DNA from: Camelus ferus
Taxonomy: Eukaryota
Reading direction: 5' to 3'
Assembly: GCF_009834535.1 (NCBI RefSeq)
Contig: NC_045697.1
Location: 62,622,001 to 62,686,000 of the forward strand
DNA: 64,000 bases
Below are positions 26,866-40,079 of this stretch, piece after piece. The number at the start of each line of letters is the position of its first letter. The stretch's first letter is position 1. A model generated the notes under the pieces. It did not search any database and had not been told where the DNA came from. It saw only the letters and a list, made by a program, of their open reading frames with translations. The translations under genes and the position numbers were made by a program.

Positions 26866-28597
26866 CTTTATCTTGGGCTAAGGCAATCCGGACTGGATAA
26901 ATATATTTCTTGCTGGAGCCATTTCAGTCTATTGTCCTTAAACAACACTTCACATATTTATACTGGGGGTTTGGTTTATCACTTCTCTTCACCTTCAATC
27001 TCTTAAGCACAAGTGTACACACTTGCAGAAATATCTCTACATAAGACATTCTTGATGGAGTGAGAAAGATTAAAATATAGATGTAGACATTTATTTCAGA
27101 GATGCTGAAATGGTTTATAAAAATTCTACGACTATAAGGAATGCATGCATAATGTAATATACCAGGAAAGAGCAATGCTATCTTTATATAAAAACAATAT
27201 GTGTGTGTTCTGAAAGGTTGGACTTCACTGTTCTGTGTCACTCTTTAAGGTATGCTTGAATTAAAACTGACAGCTTTGGCTACAAATAGGCTTTAAAACA
27301 ATGCCTGTTGTAATGCAATAAATCCTGACATGAAATTTGTTGGCGCTGGCCACGGTACCCATTACAATCCAAATGTTTATGGCAGGGAAGGCAGATCTGA
27401 AATTTAGGCATGAGGGCATTGCTATGATAGCTATTCTAAACAGTTGAGTTCAAAACTGAATTTGTCAATTCTATTATCAAATATTATAAAACATGAGGTA
27501 AAAATAAATGTTAAGTAATTTAAAAACTACAATAAAACTTCTTTCAGAAAACTGCTTATTTCCTAATAAACGTACAGTTTTCAGTGTCTTTGAAACTGTG
27601 AAAGTCAGTCAGTGTGATGAGTGATCAGAGGTAGCTGTGTGATATCATCAATTACACAGTCAGAAATCCAAGCCTTCCTCTTTACTTGATAAGCTGTTGA
27701 GGAAGAAAGTGAGTGAGCGAGTGCGTGCGTGCGTGCATGTGTGTAATGGGGAGCAGGAGGAGATAAACTCATAAGCCATTATCTGATGCAAAAACAAACA
27801 TTTACTAAGTCGTCTATGAGGAGATGGTTCAATAATAGCTGAGCATTTGTATAAATCTTCAGGGACCCAGATTCTCTCAAGTGTGACAGAACACTTAACT
27901 GCGAGAACTCCTATTTTAAAAGATCACATGTGGAAAATGGCTCTGGTATTTTGAGTTCTGCTCAGTGACAGGTTTGTTTTCAATCAGATTAACATTATCT
28001 AAGGATAATACAATGACCTTCAATTAGAACCTCTTTTACATTTTGTCTGTGTGAGCCCCACCATGGATGGTCTTTGCCTGTACTTTAAGAATGATCTTTA
28101 AAACATTTAAAGATGATTATAAAAGAGATGTCTTGGAAGCCATAGAAAATAACCATTGTTCAGTGCTGGTCTGTGCACCACTAGTAACACTATAGGAGAG
28201 GACAAAAATTAATTCCAGAAAAAGGATATTATCTACTTAGCAGAATCCAACTAGACTCAGTGTGAGTGAACAATGCCTGAAACAGACTTGTGGTTTGAAA
28301 CAGTGATGCTCAGGTGCATAGTCTAAAGTTCTCACTCAGTCACTCTATCATCTAATGAGCCTGGCATTTGATCTTTTTATAATGTAATATGTGAAAAAGT
28401 GCCTGTTACAGAATTTTCAGACAAACACTACAGATTTCTCTAACTGTGCTGTGTCATCACAAACAAGCGACCAAAGCCCTCGCTGGGCTCTATCAGCAAC
28501 TCTGCCTACAGGTCAACACTAATTTTGTGAATTTTGTAGTAATTCACATTGGGAATGGCTCCCCAACTTAGAGCCCCTGGAAGTAACAAAAACATAA

Positions 28598-28892
28598 TAC
28601 AAAACAGAAACAGACTCATAGACATAGAATACAAACTTGTGGTTACCAGGGGGATGGGGGTGGGAAGGGACAGACTGGGATTTCAAAATGTAGAATAGAT
28701 AAACAAGATTGTACTGTGTAGCACAGGGAAATATATACAGGATCTTGTGGTGGCTAACAGTGAAAGAGAATGTGACAATGAATGTATGTATGTATGTATG
28801 TTCATGTTTAAGTGAAAAACTGTGCTCTACACTGGAATTTGACACAACACTGTAAAATGACTATAACTCAATAAAAAAATGTTAAAAAAAAA
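28598..28892 (+). mobile_element. L1 3' UTR fragment with A tail
   Basis: acaaaacagaaacagactcatagacatagaa...gggacagactggga...tgtgtagcacagggaaatatat...caataaaaaaa. Confidence 0.88.
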
Positions 28893-31450
28893 GAAATTAC
28901 ACAGTGCAAGTAATCTAAAAAAAAGTGCTGAATTAACTGAGACACTTTTCATATTCTCATGGAGTAAGAAAATCTAATCAATAATCCTTCTTTTCAGGAA
29001 TCCATATAGAAACACTTATAGAAAAAAAAAACCCATTGTTTACTTTGGCATTCTTTTTCTGAGAAGAAAAAGGCAACAGAGGGAACAATCTAAATTGCAG
29101 ACCTATTTATTCATGTTTCCAGTCCTGTGACTGAACTCATTATTTTAAAAAATTCTTTCATTTATAATACAGCCTCTTCTCTTTCATAACAGGATGTTTT
29201 TATAAAAGTATACTATCATTGTTTTCATTACTTATAGTTGACACACCTTCCATTTAATTTACCCTTTCAAACCCATTTATTTGCAATGTTTTGATATAAT
29301 TATTGTCTTTAATAAGATGTATAAATACAATCTACCAGTATTAGGCAAACTCTTTTATGCCAAGAAAGATAGGGGTTTGCCAAGAACCACAAGCTAAACT
29401 TAACTTTGATCTTTGTTCAGGAGAGGCCTGCTGAAAGTGAAGAGATGGCAAATGAATGGGTCAGTCAGCTGTCTGGTGGGTTACTCTTTTCTGCAGCACT
29501 TGACCTAGAACTGCAGCTTTTCCTCATGAAAGCATAATGATAAACACCATGAACCTGGGCAGGCACAGCCATCACTGTCCTAAGGTCCAGCTGGTTCTTA
29601 TGTAAATAGAGGGCTAGGAGTATTATCTGAACAGCATGGTCACAGTGGATAGAAATGAGCAAGGAAAGTGGGCCGGATGTGTGTCTAGATATGGCTTGGA
29701 GCCAAAGCACAGCTATTAAAGGCAGTACTAAAATGGCACCTACTATTTAAAAACTGGGTCAAGAAAGCCTATAATTACATATCTACTCTATCTCTACAGC
29801 ACTCACTCATCAGAGAGCTCTTCCAAGAAAAGAGAGGACAGTGCAGAAAAATAAAGTTCATTTCTGCCTCAACCCCAAAGTGCAGGAAACTTGGCACAAG
29901 AGATCTTCCAGCTGAAAAGCAGTCTCACGTTCTAACATCAGCTCTAATGTCTCTCACATCCCTTCTCCACAACAATAAAGGGATGAAGCTGTTTGTATTT
30001 TATGCACATCTGTTACATCTTATCCTGTTTTTCATTTAGATAAATAGGCCTTTATACCCTAGGTACTATAGGAAATCCCAAAGCTCAGAAAATCGCTAAT
30101 GAGAATGGAAGGAATTAAGCATCATGGAAGCTGAAGCACACAGTGCAGCACTGCTCAGCGTTCATGTAACAGTGTCATCAGTGCAGCAGCTGTTCAGTGA
30201 AGCTTTATTGGAACTTGAGTCTCACATCCTAAATCTGACGCATCTCTTTTTAATAAAGATGGTAACTTTATGCCTTGCAAAACAAACAAACAAACAAACA
30301 AACAACAAAAAAGTCCTCAGGTACCTTTTTTTTTTTTTTAATAATGAATTAACCCTTTGTCTTTTCTGAGACCTTTTCTTTCTCTTCTCAGTAGCTTCAC
30401 TAATATTTCAAGGATGAGCCCACAGAACAGTGTAAACTTTAGGCCAAGGACAATGCCTTATACACTGCAGGCACTCAAGGAATATTTGTTCAGTAAATGA
30501 ATAAGTGAAGTTTGAATGGGAAATTGTACTGTAAATTGTAGACTGAATTTAAAATGGGTACATAGTTCATCTCTAAATTAACTGAATTATGTAGGGTTAG
30601 CTCACTGATAAATTTTCACTACTAAATTTCACATCATTCATTCAAGACAGGCGGTGTTGGAGAGTTACAGAGTTGATGGTTGCATTATCTATAGCTTCTA
30701 ATATACCCAGCTTCTAACATGTAAATTTTAAAATATAAATTTCAGAACATTTAAGGCTGTAACACTTTTGATTAGTCTTTTGAGAAACTTTAGATAAATA
30801 TATGCTATTTGTGACGAAAAGCCTTTTCACGTATGACATAAGATTTTTAAGTCACATGAACTACCGCCAGAAATCTGTAAGAGTGAAATTATGATTATAA
30901 AATCCAGCAGACCCAGACAAATGAAGACACCTTTCAATAAAGCTTACAGACATCAAAGGACATTCAGCTTTAAAAACAAATGGAAAATAACAAAAGGACC
31001 AAACCTATAATTAGTGATATAATTTCTGCCTAACTACTAATTTATTTTAATAGCTATGCTGGAACCAGTGAGATATCTTTTTAGACCTTAGCTAAAGAAT
31101 ATTTATATACACCTTACTCTGCAGAGCTATCTTAAGCAACAGCGTACCCTTGAAGGGAAAGGAAGTAGGAAGATGGGAAAGTTCCCATTTTCTAATCCCA
31201 ACAGATATTATTTCTCTGATACTCCATTTCTGTATGAGTTCACATAGAGTATGAATATTCCTTGTAGATTAGTTTTACTGACTATCAAACTGAACAAGTT
31301 ATTTTAGGGCTATGTGGTATCCAGAGATATTGTACTGTTAATTGGCACCATTAAGTAACATTTTGAAATTATGATGAGTTTAAATGTACTAGTTGAAGGC
31401 TTGATTGGACACTGATAAATCACATATTTGATCTCTAAAGAAATGGATGG

Positions 31451-31699
31451 GTGGGTAGGGACAGACTGGGAGTTCGAGATTTATAGATACTGACAGGTAT
31501 ATACCCAGAATAGATAAACAAGTTTACACTGTATAGCACAGGGAAATATATTCAAGATCTTGTAGTAGCTCATGGTGAAAAAGAATATGAAAATGAATAT
31601 ATGTATATCCATGTATGACTGAAAAATTATGCTGTACACTAGAAGTTGACACAATGTTGTAAACTGACTGTAATTCAATTAAAAAAAAAGAAAAGGAAG
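31451..31699 (+). mobile_element. L1 3' UTR fragment with perfect 14-bp TSD
   Basis: Similar to 28660-28890. TSD aaagaaatggatgg at 31437-31450 and 31700-31713. Confidence 0.92.
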
Positions 31700-32595
31700 A
31701 AAGAAATGGATGGATTCTTATCTTAATAGGCTTTATCCTTATGTCATCTGTTACAAATTTGGAACCCATTTCTTCTAATTTACAAATTTTATTTTTATAT
31801 TGGAAAATTAAATTATCATTTTAATAATTAAGAGGTGATTTGAAATTCAGTGCACTTCATAGCTGCCTCTTATTTTGGGGGTTTCTCATAGATTATTTTA
31901 AGGGATAAGAATTATGTGGAAACCAAATGCTATGATGGTCCTAATTTTTAAGTCCCAAATTTCTAATGTGCATTTTGGCAAAAGAGGTCAAAAAGACAAG
32001 AATAATCTTTTTGAGCTGTCTTTCCCTCCCACCAGATCCTGCAAGACCTGGGGTTCATTCCTCCTCTTGTTGTAGCTTTACATTTTACTTTTGTTTATTT
32101 TATCTTTTATTCTTCCATCACTGTCTTCAATCATCCTGTAACCAATTCTTTCCGGATAATTCTCTAACCTCTAGTTTTGTAGCTATACTTTTATATCTAT
32201 CAGAATATTTTAAGCATGAATATAAAATGAATAGTCTTCCCTTTATAATAACTACCACTGGATTTGCAATTTTGATACTAAACACTACTTAGCACTTAGC
32301 AAGTGTACTATGGCAAACATTTTACTGAAATCCTATGACATGGGGGTAATTTTTATCCTTATTTCATAGCTGAAGAAATTGAAGGCATCTTGCCCAAAGT
32401 CTCATAGTTGGCAAATGGTCTGATTGTAAAAATGAAGCTTTCACCTATTGTAAGGCTTCCTATGGTATCATTATAAACCTTTCATTGCATGGTCTTTACA
32501 TTTGGGATCTTCAGCTTTAAACTGATTTATCACGCAGTCATGGGCACAATCTTTTCACTTGCATTGGAAGTTGACTGCTAAAAAATTGGTCTGCA

Positions 32596-32761
32596 GGGGC
32601 GAGGGTGTTAGCTCAGTGGTAGAGTACATACTTAGCATGCCCGAAGTCCTAGAGTCAATCCCAGTACCTTGATTAAAAATAAACAAATAAATAAACCTAA
32701 TTACCTCTCCCTCCACCAAAAAAATAAATAAATAAAAACAAGACAAAACAAAAAAATCTTC
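32596..32761 (+). mobile_element. tRNA-derived SINE resembling camelid Vic-1
   Basis: A-box tagctcagtggtagag, degenerate B-box gagtcaatccc, aataaacctaattacctctccc body and A-rich tail. 16-bp TSD at 32580-32595 and 32762-32777 (1 mismatch). Confidence 0.88.
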
Positions 32762-33939
32762 AAAAATTTGGTCTGCAGAAGAAATAAAGCTAGGCCTAGA
32801 GTACCTGAATGTGTTAATAAGAGGTTTGAACTTTAGTTTGCATGCAGTGGTGTCTTAACTCTTCACCTCTACTACTTCAGCAGAAAAGCTGAGCTTCAAA
32901 TGTGCTTTTCTTAGCTCTAGTTATGAAATCCTATGACAAGTCATGCTTCATACCAGATAGGTTAGCCAGGTCAGGAGTCTAGGGTCACACAGTTAATGCT
33001 TAATGAGGTTAAGCCAATATCAAGAGATCAGGTACGAAGCAAAGTGAACTAAATCAGGGTGCAAAACAATACATTAATATGAGAACTGCTCCCTCAAAAA
33101 AGTTATATATACGAGTACGTTTATCTATGTGCACACACAGAAACATTTCTAGAATGGTACTCCTAAAACTTTTAGCAATAGTATTAACAGGATAAAATAC
33201 GTATTTTGGATGAAAATATAATTTGTATTAAAATAATGGTTTACTTCCTATGTTTATGGTTTGCAGAGTAGGGGGAGCAGAAGACAACAATAAAGAAATA
33301 AAAATAAAGAACAGGCAGATAAGCCAGGGACAAGCACAGAGAGCGGCACAGAGGAGTTGCCTCGTCAACAGCTGGCGGACGAAAGTCAGGGCAGCCACAG
33401 TTAGGGCTTGACGCAAGCAATGCACAAGCTGACTTGGCAAGGTGCTGCATGTAAGTGGTCACTTTAACCCTGGTGCTGGCTTCGAATACTCCCAGGAAGT
33501 GCAGGCCTATGGAATAAAAGCCCACCACACACAAAATCCCCTGACGTAATATCTCTACAAATTGTGTAAGAATTTAGACTGCATAGAGGGGAAAGTTGCT
33601 TTTACTTAGCCAGGCACCTGGGCTGGATTAGATGACTCTCAAAGCTGGGAGTGGAGGGTGTCTACCTCCTTCAAGAAACTTTCTGCAGCCAAATGTTCTC
33701 CCTCTTTCCCATCAACACTTCTTTATCTCAAGACGGAGGAAGGAGCTTGATACCCAGGGGTAAGGACTCTCTCATTTGAAGCTGGATTTGGGCTGTCTTG
33801 TCCAAAGAACACTGTGTCAAGATTCCAGAAAAACTCTCTTAAACAGACGGGTAATTTTTCCATTTCTGCCACTTTGGAGGACTTTAGGCACATCACTTTG
33901 GTAATTCCACTCCCATCTCCAGAGGTAAGAAAATCCAGT

Positions 33940-34140
33940 ACTCACTGAGAGCTCACTACACGCTGGTCACTTTGTTAAACACTTTACATATTACAGCTTG
34001 TTGATTTCTACTATTCCTATTGTCCTTCACTTGGGAGATTTGGGAGTGAAGCAAAGTGGCTGGCCCAGGATGGAACAGTGGCTAAATGACGAAGCAGAAC
34101 TCTAACCCCAGCAATGCAACCATAGACCACTGTCTTAACA
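33940..34140 (-). mobile_element. MIR SINE fragment
   Basis: actcactgagagctcactacacgctggtcactttgttaaacactttacatatta...gcagaactctaacccca. Confidence 0.55.
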
Positions 34141-34263
34141 TTTTCACTATAAGCCTCCTAAGAACTCAGAGCAAATTAAAAGTACACCATGTCCTATTAA
34201 TTTGAAACAGGCACAAGAAATCTCAGAGAAAAAAAATCTGATATTCAACAGAAACTATTTTAC

Positions 34264-34497
34264 GAAGAGAATATGGTTGGTTTAAACAAAGTGGTCTTTT
34301 GATGAACTTGGCATGAGAAATTTCAAGTGTGCTTTGGTTATTGTTTTCCCTAATCTGTGACTGAGTGGCCTCTGTTCCCTGGAATACTTCACATGCCTTC
34401 TCCTTCTGTCGTAGGTGTGTTTCTTTCTTTTCAGACACCACAGGCCTATGAGTATCTGCAAATTGTTTAATTTTGTTGTCGCTGTTGTGTTTCACCA
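34264..34497 (-). pseudogene. Best-preserved exon-like segment: 234 nt, symmetric phase 1, fully open (VKHNSDNKIKQFADTHRPVVSEKKETHLRQKEKACEVFQG...NQPYSL)
   Basis: Strong acceptor tatttcctgtgcttcttcacag and donor C|gtaaaa. Lies inside the longest ORF of the track (34223-34597). Confidence 0.6.
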
Positions 34498-34724
34498 CTG
34501 TGAAGAAGCACAGGAAATAGATGTATCTGTAACCATGACCTTCAATAGCTACAAATAAAACCTTGTTATATAATATGAAGAGATAAAACAATGCCATGCT
34601 TGTTAATCTATAAACTAAGATAAAACCACCGTTTGAAAGTAAAGCTTATTAAGTAGAAACACTGATAATACTAAATTTATGACTTCTCTTTTAATGTTTG
34701 GATTGCAAACAAATTTGGGAGCTA

Positions 34725-34935
34725 ATGTAGGGAGTATAATGGTTAATAGCATGGGCTTTGAGCTACACGTCCTTGCAAATTCTAAATATTAGTTCTTTGA
34801 TCAAAAGCAAGTTGTTTTAACTTTTCAAAATGCCTACATCCTAGGTTATTGTGGAGATTACATGGAATAATGCATGTAAAGGCCATAATCCAGTGTCTGG
34901 TACCTATTAAATGTTCAATATATGTCAGCAATTAT
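34725..34935 (+). mobile_element. MIR SINE
   Basis: gtataatggttaatagcatgggctttggagc-like start; ggttattgtggagattacatggaataatgcatgtaaagg...cagtgtctggtacc. Confidence 0.75.
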
Positions 34936-35324
34936 AATGATTTGCAACCAAGTCATAGTAAACTCAGTTTAAGATACTGTGTTCCTTTGGTTCAATGATG
35001 TACAATTTTCCTTTTTTTCATTTTTGATATTGGGATACATTTTTAAAATTAGTGTGTATATTTCCCTCTCTGCCTGTCTTCTCAAGGTCTTCCAGTAATA
35101 TTATTAAATCCGTAGTATATATTATTAGGCATTAGATTGAAGAATATACGGAATAAGTATTACGCTGCACGTCTGGTTCAACGGCAAAAATCAAAGGTCA
35201 ATTAACCAAGACATGAAGAGATGCTGTTGGTTACTCTGAAGCTTTAACCTCCAAAGTTGCTCTTTATCCTGTCACGTCTCCCTGAACAAAGCTAATTCTG
35301 TTTCTTGCACATATTCTTATTCAA

Positions 35325-35530
35325 CTCTTCAGCAGACATCTGCCCTGTGACCAGCATAATGCTAAGTGTTGGAGATTCTGAGAATAAGATGCTATCCCTG
35401 ACCTACAGGAGCTCTAGTCTAGGAGGGGTAACACACACATGAAGACATTCTTACAGCACAGTTGTTGTCTGCAGCAATAGATGGGGATCCAAGGAATGAA
35501 AATAATATGGAGGAGGGAAGGATTTGCTTA
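35325..35530 (-). mobile_element. L2 fragment
   Basis: cagcataatgctaagtgttggagattctgagaataagatgctatccctgacctacaggagctctagtctagg. Confidence 0.6.
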
Positions 35531-36644
35531 AGGAATTCTCACTGCACTTTGAGTGCACTTAAAATGCACAAGCACTGGTAGATAACCAATTTATGACTTT
35601 CCAAGTTGTATGATTTCCATAGTCTTAAAAATATTGAGGGTTCTTTCTCACTCAAATGTAGTGACGTTGTTAATTCCTTACATAAAAGGGGCACTGATCC
35701 CAATCACAAATTCCCTGCCTCCTGGAATCTCTCTGAGCCACAGATCAGTGTGTGCAGGGAAAGACCTGCTTATCTAAGAATATGTCCAGTGTCAGAGAAT
35801 CAGATAGCCAGGCAGTGGCTGTATTCAGGGGCCATGTTCCCCGTTTTGCTGGTGAGAGTACAGAGCCAAGACACAAACTCTTTACTTAGATAGATATTGC
35901 CCACATGGGTAGAATCTTGACATCTGAAATGTTCACTGAACTAAATTTCTTGCTGGATATTCCTCCCACGAAATCTGAGGAACAGGAAAATGAGTGCGGA
36001 GCTATGTTTGAAAATAATGAGAATTTACTGTAATTCATTTAATTCTTTGTAGATATCCTCTTTTAAGTTATCATTTGTTGTTTTAATTATCCTTTGGTAT
36101 ATAAACTATACTGTATCCTTATATGTGTTTATAATTGATCAAGCAAGGGCAGATTTGAGAACACAGAACAAAAGGAGTTGTTTTAAGTTCAGAAGGAGAT
36201 TCTCCTCCTCCATGAACAAGTGGCATTCTGTTTCTATTTTATCTTAGGCTGAAACTTTTTTTGTCATTTGATTTCACAAGCATTTTAATGTTTGCTGAAA
36301 GATTTAAACAGAAATATCGAATAGTGAAATCAAGACAGAAACAAAATAAACAAATAGCTGGCTACAAAAGTGACCCTGTAAGTTGCTCAGTCCATTGAAA
36401 ATACACTTGCTATTTATGTGGAGAAGCAATTGCTTTATGAAGTTATCTAAACCAAGAATAAAAATAAATAGCTTTAGACTGATAAAAATCTAAAGTTTAA
36501 ATATGTTTAACCCTTCTTCTTCAATATATATATATTGTTCTGTATTTTCAAATTTGCCTTTAATGAGTTAAAGTATCTTGAATCTATGCTCAGAGGCATA
36601 GAAGCCATCTTCAAGATTCATGCTTATCTGGGTGGAGTTATAGA

Positions 36645-36658
36645 GTTGCCTTGGTAAC
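36645..36658. promoter_or_regulatory. RFX X-box motif
   Basis: GTTGCCTTGGTAAC matches the consensus GTNRCC(N0-3)RGYAAC. Confidence 0.4.
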
Positions 36659-36854
36659 AGCTACTTTCACCAAAGTAAGTGTTAATAATGGAAAATTTTT
36701 TAAATGCAGATGTCAAAAGTAGGGCAGCATGGGGAAAGAATGTTTTAAGTTCCTTTTTTTCCCCCACATCTATTTTACAAGATTGATAGTACTTTCAGAA
36801 ATTTTTGTGCTTAAAATATTACATATACAGAGTGCTTCTCATTAAAGTACTCAC

Positions 36855-36882
36855 CTTACAAATTATGAAATGTTCAGAAAAT
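36855..36882 (-). pseudogene. 28-nt exon-like segment (FSEHFIICK)
   Basis: Acceptor ctttgcttttttgatcatttgtcattcag and consensus donor AAG|gtgagt. Confidence 0.45.
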
Positions 36883-37992
36883 CTGAATGACAAATGATCA
36901 AAAAAGCAAAGGCCCCTAACTTTGAAAAACAAGAGGGCTCACATATAATTGTGATGCTGCCTCTTGCCTCCTAGTACTGGTGAACATAATCCTGTAGCCA
37001 GAACCAGAACATTTCTGGCATTTGGTCTAGAATCATTTTGAAGGGTAAATCTGGAGCTGTGACACTAGGCACAGAAAATTTGGCATTTGGCTCCAAAAAT
37101 ATGCTTAGGATTTGTTACTTCTTTCCCTCAGCAACAGGCTCTCAGCCAAATAATTTTTAACCAAATCTCAGAGCCCAGTTTTTGCTTCAACTACTGAGAT
37201 CCTATTTCAAGTCACAGTCAAGATGGGGGGAGAGTGAATTGCTAACACTTGTGAGATCCCAAGACAAACTAAATCCATACAATTCCTGTTTCTAAATTAA
37301 AAATAACAAGATATTGAGGAAAGAAAGTGTAATATTATTCATCTACTTAGCTGGTTTCTTCCACCTTAAAGTCCAAGTGGGTAAGTTTTTTGTTTTTTAA
37401 ACCTAAACTTGGTGGAAGACAGAACATAAACATTTTAAACAAAATATTAAACTAGAATAATGATTCATTTAAAATCAGTATCTTAGATTTTCCTTAGACT
37501 GAGTCTTCAATTGATCTTTTACAAATAAATTGAATTTTATTCGTAAAAGGGGCAGAAGAAGTGAATAAAAGACTCTGCCTGTTTCATACATTTAATATTG
37601 ATATTCAGTTCTTTTAACATTATGTAGAAATCCTATTTTTTTCTTTCCAAATGACAATAAAGTGAAGCATTTTCCTTTAATGTATAATTGGTAAAATTTA
37701 GAGATACAAAGTATCTTCCACCTCATGATACAACTTTGTAGCTCAATTTATTCAAGCTTTTTTTTGCCTTTAAATATGAAACAACTGTTCCACATCTTAG
37801 CTAGGTGTTAAATGAGTAAGGATCTAGTACCAACTTTAATTTAATCTCTCCTAAAATTTTAAGTATAATTAATATGGTCTAATGTTCCAAAGATGTCACG
37901 TTTACTGGCCTATAACAGTTGTACTGAGTTTTCATTGAATGAAATATATATTTCCCTTAATTTTTTTGTTTTCTAATCTTCTCATAACCCAC

Positions 37993-38109
37993 CTCTGAAT
38001 ATATGGACATGTGTACAGGTGTGTAACACAAAGATCCATTAGAAAGCCTTTCTTTGTGTTATGCTCTTTCCATTTCTTTTTAAATAACATTAACTTCCAT
38101 TTTAAATTA
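37993..38109 (-). pseudogene. 117-nt open exon-like segment (NLKWKLMLFKKKWKEHNTKKGFLMDLCVTHLYTCPYIQ)
   Basis: Donor GAG|gtgggt and weak acceptor aattatag. Phase 2-2, compatible with its neighbours. Confidence 0.35.
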
Positions 38110-38308
38110 CTATAATTCATTCTGTTTTTCACAATTTGACAAGTAATACTTTATGAAATTGGAAAAGGATACTCACATAGTTCAAATAACTATATTTTTA
38201 AAGTAATCATGAATTTTAAATTCCTATTTTGGCAACAAAATCTGTATGATCTTTCCTAAATTCTTTTAGTATTCTGCCCACTTAATTATCCCTTATGATT
38301 TTTAGGTA

Positions 38309-38847
38309 ATATTAAGTTTTCCTACTGCTGCTATAACAAATTAACCAAAAATACAGTGGCCAAAATAATAGAAATGTGTATCTTACAATTCAGGAGGTCA
38401 GAAGTCTGAAATGGGTCTCCCTGGGTTATTATGAAGGTGTCAGCAGGGCTGCACTTCTTTGTAGAGGTTCTAGAGTAGAAACCATTTCCTTGTGTTTTCC
38501 AGCTTCTGGAGTCTGCCCGCGTTCCTTGGCATATGCCTCTTTTGGCGTAGGGCTTTTCTTAGAAAACCAGCAAAGGCTGTTCGAGTTTTTCTCAGGTGTC
38601 ATCGTCTAACGCTGACTCTTCTGATTCCCTCTTTCATTTATAAGAACCCTTGTGATTACATTGGCCCCACCTGGATAATCCTAGGTACCCTCCCATCTCC
38701 AGGTCAGCTGATTAGCAAACAGTTCCATCTGCAACCTTATTCCCCTTTTCCTTAACACAATATAGTCACAGGTTTCGGGGATTAGGAAGTGGACCTCTTT
38801 AGGTGGTGGGAAGGGGGTAAAAAAGGGAAAATTAGTCTGCCTATAAC
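38309..38847 (-). mobile_element. MaLR LTR (MLT1D-like)
   Basis: ttcctactgctgctataacaaatt...ggaggtcagaagtctgaaatgggtctc...cccttgtgattacattggccccacctggataatcc...tcagctgattagcaa. Confidence 0.88.
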
Positions 38848-39422
38848 ATTAATATATTATTCTTAAAAGAAAAACAAAATGTTTGTAAATAATATTTTTT
38901 TTTCAGTATTACGTTGTGTACTTCTCTCAGGAATTTAATTAGAAATTAAGATAATAAATACTAGTTAAGCAGTAAAATGTACCAGTACTAGCAGTAAAAC
39001 ATCCTAACTAATCCTACTATTTCCATGTTAAATAATGGCACTTGTATTGCATCTGACACTTGCTTACTATAGTTCTTACCAATCAGTAGCTGATTTATAT
39101 CTGGCTTTCTTTTCTTAATTCCAGATCCCTCCCACAATCATAGGAAAAAAGTCTACTATAACACACGTTAAAAAGTCATCTTCTCCCCATTTCTCTATAT
39201 TCCTTCCACTGCAGCAGACGCCGTCTTTGGAACTATTATACTACAGTAGCTCTAAAAATCACTGGGCCACATACCCTTGGAATTCTTTAGGCAATTGTTT
39301 GTTTGTAATTAGTATGCAGTATAAATCATGTTTATATCATATCTCCAAGTGACCAATATTCTACAAGAAGTAGTCAAGGATTTATTTATCCCCCAAGTTA
39401 TAAAACTGTTCCAAGATTTCAC

Positions 39423-40079
39423 CAAAGACGAATCATTCTTCTAAGGAAGAATTCTGCCTGTTTTTCTCTTTCTTGCATTCTGCTAAGACAAACACATATG
39501 CACCAGGTTCTGCTAATTATTATTTCTTTGGCTCCATATCATCCTCCTAACCCCAAATCACCTGTGTCCACACCAATCTTCTCATTTACCTACCAGAGTA
39601 CCTCCACCAATCATACCTCCATTTATGGTGTCCTGCTTTCCTGACACATAGTAACAGAAGAGATGTTGAGACTAAGGAGAGAGAGAAAGGGCATTACTTT
39701 CATCTGTCTGGAGAGCAAAACAACCAGCAAATTGTCGCTCACTTAAGGGAAAGTAGCTTCACCTCAATATATTTTCAAGATATTTCAAAATTGTAACAGA
39801 TTCTTTTCAGTTATTTCGCTTTCATCTAATACAGAAAAAGACCAACTTTAAGACTGAGGCAATGAAAGCTGAGAAAATTTTCCTGGGATGGTCTTATGTT
39901 TACAGCTGACTGTTGCTTCAGTTATAACTCTTCCTCTGTATTCATTTCAGGAAGTTTGATTCTGAAACATATAAACAGCTGTGTTTCTCCTGAGCTAGAA
40001 CCGCATTTACAGGTGGCTAACTTACAGATTCTTCTCGAATTGGATGGCATTTTCTTCTTTGTGCTACTACATACTGGCC
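39423..40079 (-). pseudogene. Cluster of four small exon-like segments: 40079-40026, 39961-39904, 39825-39743, 39479-39423
   Basis: Each has a YAG acceptor and GT donor (gtaagt, gtaaac, gtgagc, gtgaaa). Introns are 64, 78 and 263 nt. The joined frame is E/K/Q-rich with 5 stops. Confidence 0.45.

Noticed and set aside
32596..32670. tRNA gene
   Set aside because: The tRNA-like head continues into a SINE body, A tail and TSD, and the B-box is degenerate.
37932..38132. IQ calmodulin-binding motif (IQRWVMRR) suggesting an IQ-domain gene
   Set aside because: It lacks the RG core, and a plausible donor (GAG|gtgggt) cuts the motif. It does not match IQ proteins I recall.
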